From Octopus vulgaris (lineage: Eukaryota), in contig OX597816.1 of the NCBI GenBank assembly GCA_951406725.2, forward strand, positions 21,576,001 to 21,640,000: a stretch of 64,000 bases of DNA, in the 5' to 3' direction. Positions 1-13,767 of the stretch are shown one piece after another; the stretch's first letter is position 1, and the number at the start of each line of letters is the position of its first letter. The notes beneath the pieces are model-generated. The model did no database searches. It saw nothing but the letters and a program-made list of their open reading frames with translations, and was not told the DNA's origin. Both the position numbers and the translations under genes were made by a program.

Positions 1-179
1 GTAAATTATTTTTAAAATCGTAGACTCATCGTAGACGCGCGCTAATACCCAGAAGGGCTCGATATGAATCACGACTATAAGATACCCGCTTTTGGTTAAA
101 CTGCACCGCAAAATGTGGGAGTAGTTAGGAATCTAAATCGTAGGAGACAGACACACAACTTCACTTTTATATATAAAGA
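1..179 (-). mobile_element. Non-autonomous Helitron, 5' part (cut by window edge)
   Basis: Near-identical to the ends of the copies at 35024-35426 and 53607-53995. The minus strand starts A|TC (TCTTTATATAT...). Confidence 0.8.
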
Positions 180-254
180 TGTATTTTATCGTTATTTTTT
201 TATTGCTATTTTTGTTTTTGTTCTTATTTATGTATAGTGTCACAAACTGCATTC

Positions 255-980
<726 letters not shown>

Positions 981-1377
981 TCACAAAAGCCTCGTGTTCC
1001 CCTCTTTAATCATTCGTAAAGGTAAAGATGTCAATAATGTTGTTTTATCCTCGTTTTTGTCTTTGCGCATGCGTGTCAGAAATCTCTGATCAATTTTCCG
1101 TACACTTCCCACTTGTTCAGCCATAAATAGCGATTTAATCTCTCACTCATCTCTTTTGCCGCTTTATTTACTTTATTATATATTTCTCACCTATTGTTTT
1201 TTTTTTCTTATCTTATAATATTTTTCTGTTTTTCTTTCTTTTCTAACATTCTGTTGGTGTGTCCCTCTTCTCGTCTCCCATACATCCATTTTTTCACAAG
1301 TTCGAATATGATTTGTCTTCAAATCAATCAGTTATTCTATATTTATATGCCATCTGTGCTATCTCCCTAGTATCTCT

Positions 1378-1464
<87 letters not shown>

Positions 1465-1482
1465 TATATGTATGTATATGTA

Positions 1483-1890
1483 GGCGCAGGTGTGGCTGTG
1501 TGGCAAGTAGCTTGCTTACAAACCACATGGTTCCGGGTTCAGTCCCACTGGATGGCAACTTGGGTAAGTGCCTTCTATTATAGCCTCGGGCCGACCAAAG
1601 CCATGTGAGTGGATTTGGTAGACGGAAACTGGAAGAAACCCGTCGTATATAAATATATATATATATGTCTTTTTATATACATATTTATACATGTATGTGT
1701 ATATGTTTGTGTGTCTGTGTTTTTCTCTCCAGCATCGCTTGACAACCGATGCTGGTGTGTTTACGTCTCCGTCACTTAGCTGTTCGACAAAAGAGACCGA
1801 CACAATAAGTCCTGGGCTCGATTTTCTCGACTAAATGCAGTGCTCCAGCATGGCCGCAGTCAAATGACTGAAAGTAGTAAACGAATAAAA
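1483..1890 (+). mobile_element. tRNA-derived SINE family A (CORE-like domain, internal TA/TG microsatellite)
   Basis: A-box-like TGGCTGTGTGG, B-box-like GGTTCAGTCCC and a CORE-like CTTGGGCAAGTG motif. More than 10 related copies in the window. Confidence 0.85.
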
Positions 1891-1898
1891 CAATAGAA

Positions 1899-1946
<48 letters not shown>

Positions 1947-1951
1947 GTATG

Positions 1952-2002
<51 letters not shown>

Positions 2003-2011
2003 GTATATGCG

Positions 2012-2052
<41 letters not shown>

Positions 2053-2057
2053 ATGCG

Positions 2058-2109
<52 letters not shown>

Positions 2110-2179
2110 TGTATGTATGTATGTATGTATGTATATGTATACCTATATCTATATCTATATTTGTGTGTGCGCGTGCGTT

Positions 2180-2931
2180 TATCTGATCGTAAATATAAAC
2201 TTGTTACCAGTTCAAATACGCTTGAGGCATATTCCGGCCCATGAGAAAATCAAGGAAAAAAGTACTGTAATTTCGTTTATATGTATGTATGTATGCATGT
2301 ATGTATGTATATGTGTGTATGTGTGTATGTGTGTATATGTGTATGTATGTGTGTGTATGTATGTGTATGTGTGTATGCTTTGTATGTATGTATGTGTATA
2401 TGTATGTGAATATGTGTTTATGTATGTGTGTATATGTCAGCCTACAGCACCCTCTGCCTTTCTGGTCTTTGTTTCTTAAGAGGAGATAATCACTCCGAAA
2501 TGAATGCATTTCATAATCTGGTTAGAGACCGCTCTGGGGTGACTCGATGTATTTACACATACTTGTCTCAAACGAGAAATATTCTCCATGGCAAAACAGA
2601 GCAAATGGCTCTCTGACAGGTTCTAATATGACTAATATTTGAAGAGGTTACAAGTTTGTTGTCACCCCGTATTTTATTTTCGGCTCTATAAGTGTAACCA
2701 GTCATTGAAAGACTGTGTCAGTTCGTAGCGTCTGCCTTTTCGCTCTCTTATACTGAAGAAGAGATAACCTCTCCGAAATGCAGTCATTCGACAGTCTTCA
2801 GAGGGAGGCTGTGAACTATCACAGTGCAGTTACTCGTCTACATCGACAGCGAGAATATTTCTCCATGACAAAATACAGTGGAAAGCTTTCTTAACGGGCT
2901 GGAATATGCCTCAAGAATATGTCAACTGGTA
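2180..2931 (+). mobile_element. Putative PLE terminal-repeat fragments (two diverged direct copies plus an inverted end)
   Basis: Direct repeats at about 2452-2630 and 2730-2910, each with a hammerhead-like core. Inverted repeat 2205-2240/2896-2931. Confidence 0.5.
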
Positions 2932-2937
2932 TACATA

Positions 2938-3005
<68 letters not shown>

Positions 3006-3232
3006 TCTTTTATTCTTTTACTTGTTTCAGCCAATTCACAGGGGCCATGCTGGAGCACTGCCTTAAAGGGCGTTAGTCGAAGAAATCGACTCCACAACTT
3101 ATTCTTTATAAGCCTAATACTTATTTTATCGGTTTCTTTTGCCGAACCGCTAATATTACGGGCATATAAACGCACTTGTATCGGGTGTGAAGTGATGGTG
3201 GAGTGACAAACACACACACACAAAGGAATGTA

Positions 3233-3277
<45 letters not shown>

Positions 3278-3444
3278 GTATACGATGGGCTTCTTCCAGT
3301 TTCCGTCTACCAAATCCGCTCACAAGGCTTTGGTCAGCCCGAGGCTATAATAGAAGACACTTGCCCAAGATGCCACGCCGTGGGACTGAACCCAGAATCA
3401 TTTGTTTGGGAAGTAAGCTTCTTACCACACAGCCACTCCTGCCC
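3006..3444 (-). mobile_element. SINE family A
   Basis: Reverse complement of the 1483-1890 family. Confidence 0.85.
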
Positions 3445-3989
3445 CGAAGAATTCCTAATAAATATTATACTGTAGCTATTTGTTATACACAGCAGCTTAC
3501 AGAAACAGATGGTTTAATTCATAGGTACTTATAAAAGATACTTGAATCTACTCTGAAAGATGTGACAATGATTTCCATATTGTTGGTTCTTGATCTTCAT
3601 TATGCTGCAATGCTATGAAAACACTATCACTTTAAGATGTACAATTTCCATCTTGGATACACAATCAAGAGCTTCCCTCTTCCAGGAATTTGTGCAGAAA
3701 CTCTTCAATTTGGTTTGTCGTCTATGATTTAGTACAGGACCTATCCAGAAAACTATACACGGCTCTAGTTGGTAGCTAAACCTGCAACAAATAGAAGACG
3801 AATACTCCTTAATTAATACCCTGCAGTTTTGAAAATTAGAGAAAACATTTAATTAACTTTCGAGGTGTGTGAATTAAAGTACACGGTCAAATACTCGGCT
3901 CAAAGTCATTGACTAACGCCTCCAAAATACTTGGGTTTGTACCTGTTAGAAGCAGTCATGGTTTCAATGTTTGGTACAAGACAAATCGT

Positions 3990-4272
3990 TACACTTCGGC
4001 GGTTGCAACGACGAGGGTTCCAGTTGATCCGATCAACAGAACAACCTGCTTTTGAAATTAACGTGCAAGTGGCTGAGCACTCTACAGTCACGTGTACCTT
4101 TAACGTAGTTCTCGGGGGGATTCGGTGTGACACAAAGTGTGGCAAGGCTGGCCCCTTGAAATATAGGTACAACAGAAACAGGAAGAATGAGTGAGAGAAA
4201 GTTGTGGTGAAAGAGTAGAGCAAAATTTGCCACCACCCCCTGCCAGAGCCTCGTGGAGCTTTTGGTGTTTCT
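3990..4272 (-). mobile_element. SINE family C, 5'-truncated
   Basis: Matches the body and tail of 6437-6799 and 32500-32864. Confidence 0.8.
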
Positions 4273-4299
4273 GCCAGCTCACTGCCTTCTTAACATATA

Positions 4300-4670
4300 T
4301 TCTCTAAGCACAAAACACGAAGTTTTGGGGGAGGGGCCAGTCGATTTGATCGGGCCCAGTATGCAACTGGTACTTAATTTGTCGACCCCGAAAGGATGAA
4401 AGGCAAAGTCAACCTTGGCAGAATTTGAATTCAGAACGTTAAGAAAGACGAAACGCCTATTTCTTTACTACCCACAAAGGGTTAAACACAGAGAGGAGAA
4501 ACACGGACAGACAAAGGATTAAATCGATTATATCGACGCCAGTGCGTAACTGGTACTTGTTTAATCGATCCCGAAAGGATGAAAGGCAAAGTCGACCTCG
4601 GAGGAATTTGAATTCAGAACGTTAAGACAGACGAAACACCACTAATCATTTCTCCCGGCGTGCTAACATT
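4300..4670 (-). mobile_element. SINE family B dimer (central domain GCCTTTCATCCTTTCGGGGTCGATAAA, MetaSINE-like)
   Basis: Two tandem central domains and one head. The family has more than 15 copies in the window. Confidence 0.85.
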
Positions 4671-4957
4671 TCTTATTTCTTTATTGCCCACAAGGGGCTA
4701 AACATAGAGAACATATGATGTTGTTGTTGTATTTCACCTGTCTCTACGTTCTGAGTTCAAATTCCGCCGAGGTCAACTTTGCTTTTCATCCTTTTGGGGT
4801 CGATAAATTAAGTACCAGATACCACTTAATCTCTTTGTCTGTCTTGGTTTGTTCCCCCTATGTTTAGCCTCTTGCGGGCAATAAAAGAATAAGAAAAGAT
4901 TATATTGTATTTTTATTTACATCGATTCTGCTCGTAAGTGGTTAATATTCAACAATA

Positions 4958-5385
4958 GGTGCAGGGGTTGCTGTGTGGTAAGTAGCTTGCTTACCAACCA
5001 CATGGTTCCGGGTTCAATCCCATTGCGTGGCACCTTGGGCAAGTGACTTCTACTATAGCCCCGGGCCGACCAAAGCCTTGTGAGTGGATTTGGCTGACGG
5101 AAACTGAAAGAAGCCCGCCGTATATATGTATATATGTATATATATATTTATATGTGTGCGTGTATGTTTGTGTATCTGTGTTTGTCCCCCTAGCATTGCT
5201 TGACAACCGATGCTGGTATGTTTACGTCCCCGTGACTTAGCGTTTCGGCGAAAAAGACCGATAGAATAAGTACTGGGCTTACAGAGAATAAGTCCTGGGG
5301 TCGAGTTGCTCGACTAAAGGCGGTGCTCCAGCATGGCCGCAGTCAACTGACTGAAACAAGTAAAATTGTAAAAGAGTAAAAGAGT
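4958..5385 (+). mobile_element. SINE family A, full length
   Basis: Head, CORE-like domain, internal microsatellite and an AAAGAGT-type tail. Confidence 0.9.
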
Positions 5386-6219
5386 ATAGCCTTTTACCGT
5401 ATGGTTTACCATTCATTGTTGGATTACATAAAAGAGGCAGCATAAATGCGTATTTCAAAAACGAATGCATCTTCGCCGAGTTTAAATGAATGACGCTTGC
5501 TAAAATACTGAAATTATTCAATAACACTTCTCATTGTCGTTACCGTCATCGTTGTCGTGTTCGCTGTGATTCCCATTGATCTCGTCACCGCCACCTCCGT
5601 CATCGCTACCGCCATCGTCATTGTTTAGCCCTGATGGAGCTGATCTGGTATCAAAGATTTTCCAGCTGTGATCATCAGTTCGTCTTTGTTTTTTCTTCAG
5701 GCTTCACTTTATCATTTAAAGTGTTTTAGTTTTCTTAAAAGGCAGTACGGTGTGATTTGAAGCAGATTTGGTGCGTATTTTAACAAATAAAATCTCTCTG
5801 AAAATCGATTGAGTTCATGGAATCTCATTTTGCAGCCAATGTTTGTGTTGTTTTGCATACGGCTGTCATGCGGGAGTCGGGTCTATGCATCTATTTATTT
5901 TCTTACGCACATATATGTAGAAAATTCAACCTAGTAAAAAAAACAGAGAAGAAAAAAATTTGATAAGTATGGTGCTTTGAAAACGTGCTAAAGTTTCTCT
6001 CATAATCAGTTCATAGTTTATTTTTGTCTGTGAGATTGTTTTTGAGCCCTCGGACTCATAAAGCCAGCTACCCGGTTTCCAAATCAAGATCACAACGTTC
6101 CTCATTGAAAAGAACACCGACCCATTGTAGGCTTCAATGCTAGGAATTTAAAGGGGGAGGGTAGGACATTTCTCGGTGTCGTTATAAGTATTGTTGAATA
6201 ATTTTTAGCTAGTGTCCTT

Positions 6220-6418
6220 TTCTACAGGGCCCGAAATTTTGGGGAAGAGGGACAGTCAATTAGATCGACCCCAGCATGCAACTGGTAGTTAATTTATCGA
6301 CCCCTAAAGTTTGAAATGTAAAGTTGACCTCGGTAGAATTTGAACTCAGAAGGTAAAGACAGACGAAATACCGCTAGGCATTTCGTCCGGCATGCTAAAG
6401 TTTCTGCCAGCTCGCCGA
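6220..6418 (-). mobile_element. SINE family B
   Basis: Same head and central domain as the other B copies. Confidence 0.8.
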
Positions 6419-6436
6419 CTTACTTTGGCTAGTATC

Positions 6437-6799
6437 GCGTGGCACTCCACCGGTTATGATGACGAGGGTCCCAATTGATCCCATCAAAGGAAACAGCCTG
6501 CTCGTGAGATGAACGTGCACTCCACACACATGTGTGCCCCTAATGTAGATATTCAGCGTGACACAGAGTGCGACAAGACTAGCCCTTTGAAATATAAGTA
6601 CAAAAGAAACAGGGAGAAAGAGTGAGGGAAATCTAAGATGAAAGAGTACAGCAGGGTTCGCCATCACCCAACTGCCGGACTCTCGTGGAGCTTTAGGTGC
6701 TTTCGCTTAATAAACATTCACAACGCCCAGTCTGGGAATCGAAACCGCGATCCTACGACCGCGTGTCCGCTGCCTTAACCACCGGGCCATTGCGTCTCC
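6437..6799 (-). mobile_element. SINE family C (tRNA-Arg-like head), full length
   Basis: Head GGAGACGCAATGGCCCGGTGGTTAAGG...TTCGATTCCC. Flanked by an 8-bp direct repeat GCTAGTAT. Confidence 0.88.
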
Positions 6800-7169
6800 G
6801 CAGCTAGTATTACTACTTTAAACTCACCGAAGATGCAATCGTTTTTGAAATACACATCGATTACTTCGATTCCCTGTAGGTGACTGGTACTTTATTTTGT
6901 CGACCCTTGAAGAAAGAAAGGCAAAGATGACATTGGTGGATATAGGGGAACTGTACGAAATGTTGCTAAGCAATTTGTCCGATGTACAAACGATTCTGTC
7001 AGCACGCCGCCTTGATCAGCTCATATACAATTGCTAAAAATCCGTTCAGACAATTTAATCTCAATTTCTATTCAAGATCCATTTATTTACTATGGCTTTT
7101 TCAGTAAGAGCGTTCAAACCTCATGTGAAATAAAAGTTTGAGCTGAATTCTTACCTGATCATATATATA

Positions 7170-7470
7170 CTATCAATAATAATAAAAGGTAAAATTAATT
7201 AATTAATGTATAATTAAAAATCTTACCAAGTAGTTCGGTATGTTAAAAAGTTCGGTAAACGTATATAAAATTTATTATAATTATAAACATAATTATAATT
7301 AGGGCTTAGCAAAATTGCTTTACCACATACCAAAATTTAGAAATAGCAGTTAGATGCTATTCTACTACCATAAGATATCTCCCAGATAGCAATACTCTCA
7401 ACTCACACAGGCAGTTAAGCAATTTTGCTAAGCCCTAATTACAATTATGTTTATGATTATAATAAATTAT
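7170..7470. repeat. Fold-back repeat fragment (52-bp inverted arms), probable PLE end
   Basis: Arms at 7269-7320 and 7417-7468. Confidence 0.6.
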
Positions 7471-8170
7471 TGATCATATGTATATATATAACCCAAGTGG
7501 TTGGTTGGCATGTCCGTGCACTGGGTATTCTGTCATCAGAGACAAGATATGAATAATTTAGACTGGGAAAATTTACAGTTTATAAAGAATAAAATTTACT
7601 GTTTATGAGGAATAAGATAGCAGCATAAAGAGTAAAAGTAGTTGGAAGAATATAGGCAGGAGAATAATGTTCACAGCTAATCTTTTCCCAGCTGATATGG
7701 ATGTTGGTCGCTACTTCCATGAAGGTACAGGTTTATAGTTTAAAATCCTAGGTAAATTCAGGCAATATTTTGGCCGTGTTCTCAATGATGTATTTAAATT
7801 GTAAATGTGTATATAGAGTGAGGAAGTATGAGGCACATAAATGGGTTTTGTGAGTGGGTGTATGAGAGAGATAGAGAGAGAGGAAAGAGAAGATAAGACA
7901 ATGGTAAAATGGAAAAATAGGAATAAAATAAAAATATAAATAAAAAGATCCATCCTTAGCTGTGATCTTGGAACTGAATGGTCTACCAGCTCTAGCACTT
8001 ATCCAGCTTTCCTCTCTGACAATAATAGATAGCTGTTTCAAGCATCATTCGCTCATACGAAATATGGGACGCTGAAATGAGGCTTACAAAGTATTGTCTT
8101 CCTCATATTGCCCCTTTCCCCACGGAAACGGACAGATTCCTATGCATATATTCCTTGGTGTTTAGTACAC

Positions 8171-8535
8171 CACCGTGTGAGAGGAACTCCGAGGAAGCGC
8201 TACAAAGACTGCTCCAAGAAGTCTCTAACAGCATGTCAAATTAACCACCAATGCTGGTCAGACCTGGCTGCGGACCGTGATGTCTGGCGTCACACGATCT
8301 TCAACGCAGTCAGCAAGTTTGAGGAACAAGGAAGCGACGCACTTAAAGACAAGAGACGCAGGAGGAAGGCGCGAGCCGCCTCTGAAACCACACCGGATGT
8401 TACCTTCGTCTGTGGACACTGCTCACGGACCTGCCTTTCGTATATCGGACTTGTCAGTCATGAGCGTGCATGCACGCAACGTGGACAGCCTTCCTGATCT
8501 TCTTTCGTGAAGCCGAGCCATGATGATGATGATGG
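8171..8535 (+). mobile_element. RTE-clade LINE 3' end (ORF C-terminus with C2H2-type finger, short UTR, (TGA)n tail)
   Basis: PRKRYKD...WSDLAADRDVWR...CGHCSRTCLSYIGLVSHERAC* is the typical RTE C-terminus. Possible GTACAC target-site duplication (TSD). Confidence 0.85.
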
Positions 8536-9337
8536 GTACACTAGCAAAGGTGTTGTTGCCATGCAAAATAATGGAAATGTTCTTCATTTGGCAAAGAGTT
8601 TATTAATGTTCCAACGCTGTTCTTGTTGGTGATATCATTTCCACTTGAAGTGTTCAAACTGACATTTTTGGCTGCTAAAAATATTTTGTTTTTGTTCATA
8701 CTCAACATTATTATTTTGCTATTTTGTTAAATTACTATTCTTTACTTTTCCGTATTTTTTCTCCTGTTGGTGAACAGTGTTATTTTGTTCATTATCAATT
8801 TTCTTTCGTAGAGGCGTGGCTTGGGGACTTCGCAGCTATTTTTGTGTATGTAGACAACGTGAGAAAGAAATCAAATTTGTTTAGAGACATAAGAACAAAA
8901 CAAAAAAATAAACATTACTAATTTTTCTACTTTAATATAACGTTAGTCTGATAGGCTTTTTATCATTCAGCTAGCCATGAGACCTACCTCATTCAATAAT
9001 TGCAATGTCTATAAAAATAAAAACTGAAAAAAAGCTATTGCTCTGTCGATCGATCTGTAAGAGATAGCAGTCAAATCTTCTTCACTCAGAACACTCCATA
9101 TTAGAAGAACATGTAAAAGCAATGTAGTCTGTAATACAATTACAGAAATTCAGCGATGGTCAAGTCTGAAACATTTGATTTCGCCGTCATCCGTAATCCC
9201 AAGTCATCCGTCATTTTCTCGCTGACGTATGACTTGGGATTACGACATAAAGCCATGCCAACCATTCACTCAATGCTGAGCGTGAATAATATTCTTAACG
9301 TTTACATTTACTTTTTCACGACCATTTCTACGCTGGA

Positions 9338-9624
9338 GTAAAGATTGTTTGCAAACATAACATGGTAGTCCTGGTTTAAGACGGATGTTGCTGTAATTTA
9401 GCCCCAGGAGACATCGTCTCTAGCTGGTTATACGACGCGATCTGTGTCCTTATATTTTCCAACAAGGGAATCTAGCACCCCCACTCAGCTCAAGGCAATA
9501 TCTGTGTATCTCGATTTCCGGGTTATTTCCCTTCATCAGCGCAGAATAATTGTCCTGGGGCTAAATTACAGTTACATTCGTCCTAAACCAGGACTGCCAT
9601 GTTATGTTTGCAAACAATCATTAC
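9338..9624 (-). mobile_element. Hammerhead-bearing PLE-like terminal repeat with an inverted 72-bp end
   Basis: Inverted arms at 9338-9409 and 9553-9624. Homologous to 41160-41430 and 46620-46850. Confidence 0.65.
9501..9545 (-). ncRNA. Minimal type I hammerhead ribozyme motif (C3-G8)
   Basis: TCTGCG CTGATGA A GGG-AAATAA-CCC G GAAA TCGAGA TA CACAGA. Confidence 0.65.
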
Positions 9625-9754
9625 TTCAAAGTACTGTTGCTGAATATCTCTCGTTGTGAGATTTCAAAATAGTAATTTTTCCATTTCTGTGGTGTCTTGG
9701 AAATGGAATTTTTGACCAAATTATATTCGGATAAATTGATATCCTTGCTAGCTG

Positions 9755-9900
9755 AGTGGTAAAATGCGTGCTTCCCAACCGCATGCTTCCGAGTTCAGTC
9801 TCACTGAGTAGGACCTTCAGCAAGTGTCTTCTACTATAGCCTCTGGCCGAACAAAGCCTTGTGAGTGGATTTGGTAGACGGAAACTGAAAGAAGCCCGTC

Positions 9901-9938
<38 letters not shown>

Positions 9939-10180
9939 CAACAATTGAGGGTAAAATGATGATAGAAATGTCGAGTTTGACTAATCTTGAAACGTACGTT
10001 CTCAAATAACCTTTGCATTTGATTTTTTAATGTCTTTACCCCCATACTTTCGTGAGTTGAATTGAGCAAGCACTATATGAGAGAGATTTTCTTTAAGTAT
10101 AGAAATATTTTAAAAAAGTTTTTTTAGCTACTATTTCTAATGAGTTCAGTATGTGGCAAAGTAATTTATTTTACTAAGCC

Positions 10181-10222
<42 letters not shown>

Positions 10223-10404
10223 GTGTGTGTGTGTCTTTGTGTTTGTATTTATATCCCCGTAACTTAGCGGTTCGACAAAAGAGACCGATAGAATAAGTGC
10301 TAGGCTTACAAAGAATAAGTCCTGGGATCGATTTCCTCGACTAAAGGCGATGCTCCAGCACGGCTGCAGTCAAATGACTGAAACAAGTAAAAGATTAAAA
10401 GAGT
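9755..10404 (+). mobile_element. SINE family A split by about 245 bp inside its (TA)n tract
   Basis: 5' half at 9755-9902 and 3' half at 10220-10404. Confidence 0.75.
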
Positions 10405-10439
10405 ATACTTAAATTCTACTATGGCATACTATTCTTTCT

Positions 10440-10627
10440 TTTCTACTAAAGCACTGAAATTTAGGCGGTCATTGACCCCAGCACTCAACTGGTACTTAAT
10501 TTATCGACCTCGAAAAGAGGAAAGACAAAGTCGATCTCAGCGGAACTTGAACTCAGAAAATGTAGACAGACGAAATACTGCCAAGCATTTCGCTCGGCGT
10601 GCTAACAATTCTGCCAACTCGCCGCCT
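10440..10627 (-). mobile_element. SINE family B
   Basis: Degenerate B head and central domain. Confidence 0.75.
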
Positions 10628-10902
10628 TCCTATGGCATGCTATTCTGTAAAAGCATGTGATACAGTACTCGTAAGATTGTGATTTGGATTCCCGGACCGG
10701 ATGGTGCGTTATGCTCTTAGATAAAACATTTCATTTCACATTGGTCTAATTCGATTCTGCTGTATAGGAGTAACACCACGATGGACAAGCATCCCACTAA
10801 GGTGGCTTGTTGTGATCTCCGAAACTGAATAACCAGCCCTATGATATATATCTAGATAGTATATCTAGATAGTATATATATATGATATATATCTAGATAG
10901 TA

Positions 10903-11573
10903 CAGCGTGGTCCGAAAGTCTGGTTACCCCCGACCAAAAAATAATGAGAACAATAGAACAAGTAATACGGTAATCCAAAGCACGAACTGGATTTAGTTTA
11001 TTCACTTTCATTGACGCTGTCACGCACCGAGAAGTTCTGTATAAACACCATCATTGTCGTAGCACAAAATGATGTGGCGTCATGTCCTGTGTAATATTTT
11101 TCGAAGCTGTACTTTGGTGATTGTTGCAAAGGCTCTCCAAAACAGCGTCCTGTAACTGATGGGCATTCTGGTAACGTTCATGTGATATTCTCTCCTTGAT
11201 AAGGATAATACCCCACAGAGTGTTATCGCAAGACGTGAGGTCTGGACTGCTGGGAGGTCAATCGACATGTGCTGGAAGCTGTTTCGATCCTCACCCTATC
11301 CATCTATCCCGAAAAACGTCATTTAGGTATTCCCGGACAGTGATAGCACAGTGGGGGTGGGGCACCATCTCTAGTTGAAACCAACAATCATTCAGGTCAA
11401 CATTCAACCCCTGGAGCTGTGGAACAAACCACCCCCTTAGCATGGTCATGTAAGACTGCTGGTTAACAATGCCCTTAAAGAAATAGGGCCCTACCAGGTG
11501 CTTCCTCGATATGGCGGCCCAAATCATTACATGCGGGGGAGGGTTGTACTAAAATAAAATAATAATAATGATG

Positions 11574-11615
<42 letters not shown>

Positions 11616-11725
11616 GTAGTAGTAGTAGTAATAATTTTAATTTAATCTAATTTAATTTTTTGGGGTCAAAAAGCAAGAGCAAGGCCATGAAGGGGGACAT
11701 GGAGTTATGTATAGGGAGGGTGTTC

Positions 11726-11770
<45 letters not shown>

Positions 11771-11822
11771 GTGACAATAATAAACAATATGCAGGGGGTA
11801 ACAAGATTTTCGGATCACCCTG
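10903..11822 (-). mobile_element. Internally deleted Tc1/mariner element, rosa/DD41D-like
   Basis: About 29-bp terminal inverted repeats (TIRs; CAGCGTGGTCCGAAAGTCTGGTTACCCCC) and a TA TSD. Transposase remnant: VMIWAAIS..GPYFF..WFQ(Q)DGAPPH..RWIG..PP.SPDLTSCD. Confidence 0.88.
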
Positions 11823-13504
11823 TACAAACTTCAAATTTATTCTTCCAGATTTTATATTCGTAGCAAAATAGAGTGGTTAATTTTATGTATCCCTGCATTT
11901 GATTTCTAACTGTTCTTATCGTCGACAAGTTGTGTGAACGGAAGAGCCTGCCTCTAACAGGAATCGAACAAATATTATACAGTTACAACTCAGTAATACT
12001 GTAAGATATTTAACCATCGTTCTTTTCTTTCAACCTTTCAGCTTCCCCTCCTGGTAATAAGAGTCAGTATTAAATATACGGATTGAACAGTCTTTTCTTC
12101 ATTGTTTCCTATAAATGTTTTATTTTTCCTATAATAAAATACATTGTTTTATGTGTTGTATATATATCAATGGCGTTCTCCTTTCTTTTCTTCATTCTCA
12201 ACAAAGAACAAACTGTTTAGGTGTCATATTATATCTAGGTAATAGTAGTCGTAAATTTTCATCTTATTTTCAAAGAATTTAATGCAATGTAAATCACAAA
12301 AACCTCTTTAAGTGCATCTCAGGCACTGCTTTACATTAATGTTACTTTCTTGTTCTTTATATATCATAGTATTTGTTTGCGTTTCCATTGCTCTGAGAGA
12401 AAGACAGAGAAAAAAATATCGTTATCTAAAATATATTCATTTAAAATTATCTTCATATACGAGAAAAATAGATATCGAGAGAGAATGTGGGAGCCATGGT
12501 TCGGGATAATCCTTTAAGACTAGGAAAATAGGAAAGAAAGTATTTGTTTGTGTGTTTGTTAAATTACTTTGTCAGAGAGTTTTTAGCTGATGTCCAAACA
12601 AACTGCTTGTTGCTAAATTTGCTTTACTTGGAATCAAATCTAAACCAGCTAGAGTAATGAAATATGTAGGCTTTCCATTTACATATAAACACATTTAATT
12701 AATTTTGGAAATTCTTCTCCGTTTTATATAGGAACCTTATTTAAGTTCCTAATTTAAAATCAATTTTCTCTAATTAATAAACATTGAGATTCGTTCTAAC
12801 GAAATACAAACTGCATAACATTTAACAAAAATACAAGCAAAAGATCGTGGATCTGCTCCTAGCTTTTGGATTGAGGGTTTGATATTAAACACTGCGCTGT
12901 TTGTTTTCTGTACATACTTTTCCACCACTTCATGTGCATTTAATAATTTACAAACTCTGTTCAATTTAACTTTTAAACTGATCTCAGCAGCAACAATTAA
13001 TTTAACTCCATTTACGCTAATGTTTATACAATGTCCTACAGCATGTTCTCTGCAATAGCAATTTACCTAACTTCATTTCACTGATGGGTTATAAAACTAA
13101 TTAGCTGATATCAAGAGCAATTAATAAAAACAATTTTCCTGAATAAATGCTAAGTCTAGCCTTAGATTCAATATTTCCAGGCTTTAATTGAAATTGACAG
13201 GAAAATGACACTCATTAGCTACAAATCTTTCCACTATAGCTAACTACATGCTTATCTGAACATTTCTTTCTAAATTAGAGTTGTATAGTAACTTGTTTGT
13301 TAAATTGCAATTAAGTTAGGTGGAAAGGTAAAACAAAACAGGTAATAATACTTGAAATGTTTATATCAATTTGTAATATTTCATTAAACTAAAACTACAA
13401 CTAAATATCTTTAAAATGTTCTTTTTTCTCTGCAAAATATATTTATCTTTTTAGTTACTATTCTATGCTCTAGTAACCATTTTCTTTTAAGGAATTGCTA
13501 AAAT

Positions 13505-13767
13505 TCTGTTTCGCTTTTGGATTTGGTTTGCAAGATTCTTTATATCAGTTCGTGTGTTGAATCATAGTCTGTTGTGTCTGGAGAGAGTCATTTTCTTTTT
13601 GTACCTTATTATGTAACACACTCACCGGTAAAAGAGTCAAAACTATTGAAAAGGTTGCAAGACACAACGGAAATTTTAGGACAATAAAAATAAGAGAAAA
13701 GTGGAAACCGGTGAGTGTGTTACATAATAAGGCACAAGAAGAAAATGACTCTCCCCAGATACAACAG
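13505..13767. repeat. Fold-back repeat fragment (61-bp inverted arms), probable PLE end
   Basis: Arms at 13569-13629 and 13707-13767. Confidence 0.6.

Noticed and set aside
7495-7545. CTGATGA on the minus strand near a TA tract
   Set aside because: No stem II-GAAA follows.
12770-12964. Possible host exon
   Set aside because: No recognisable domain and no clear splice-site pair.
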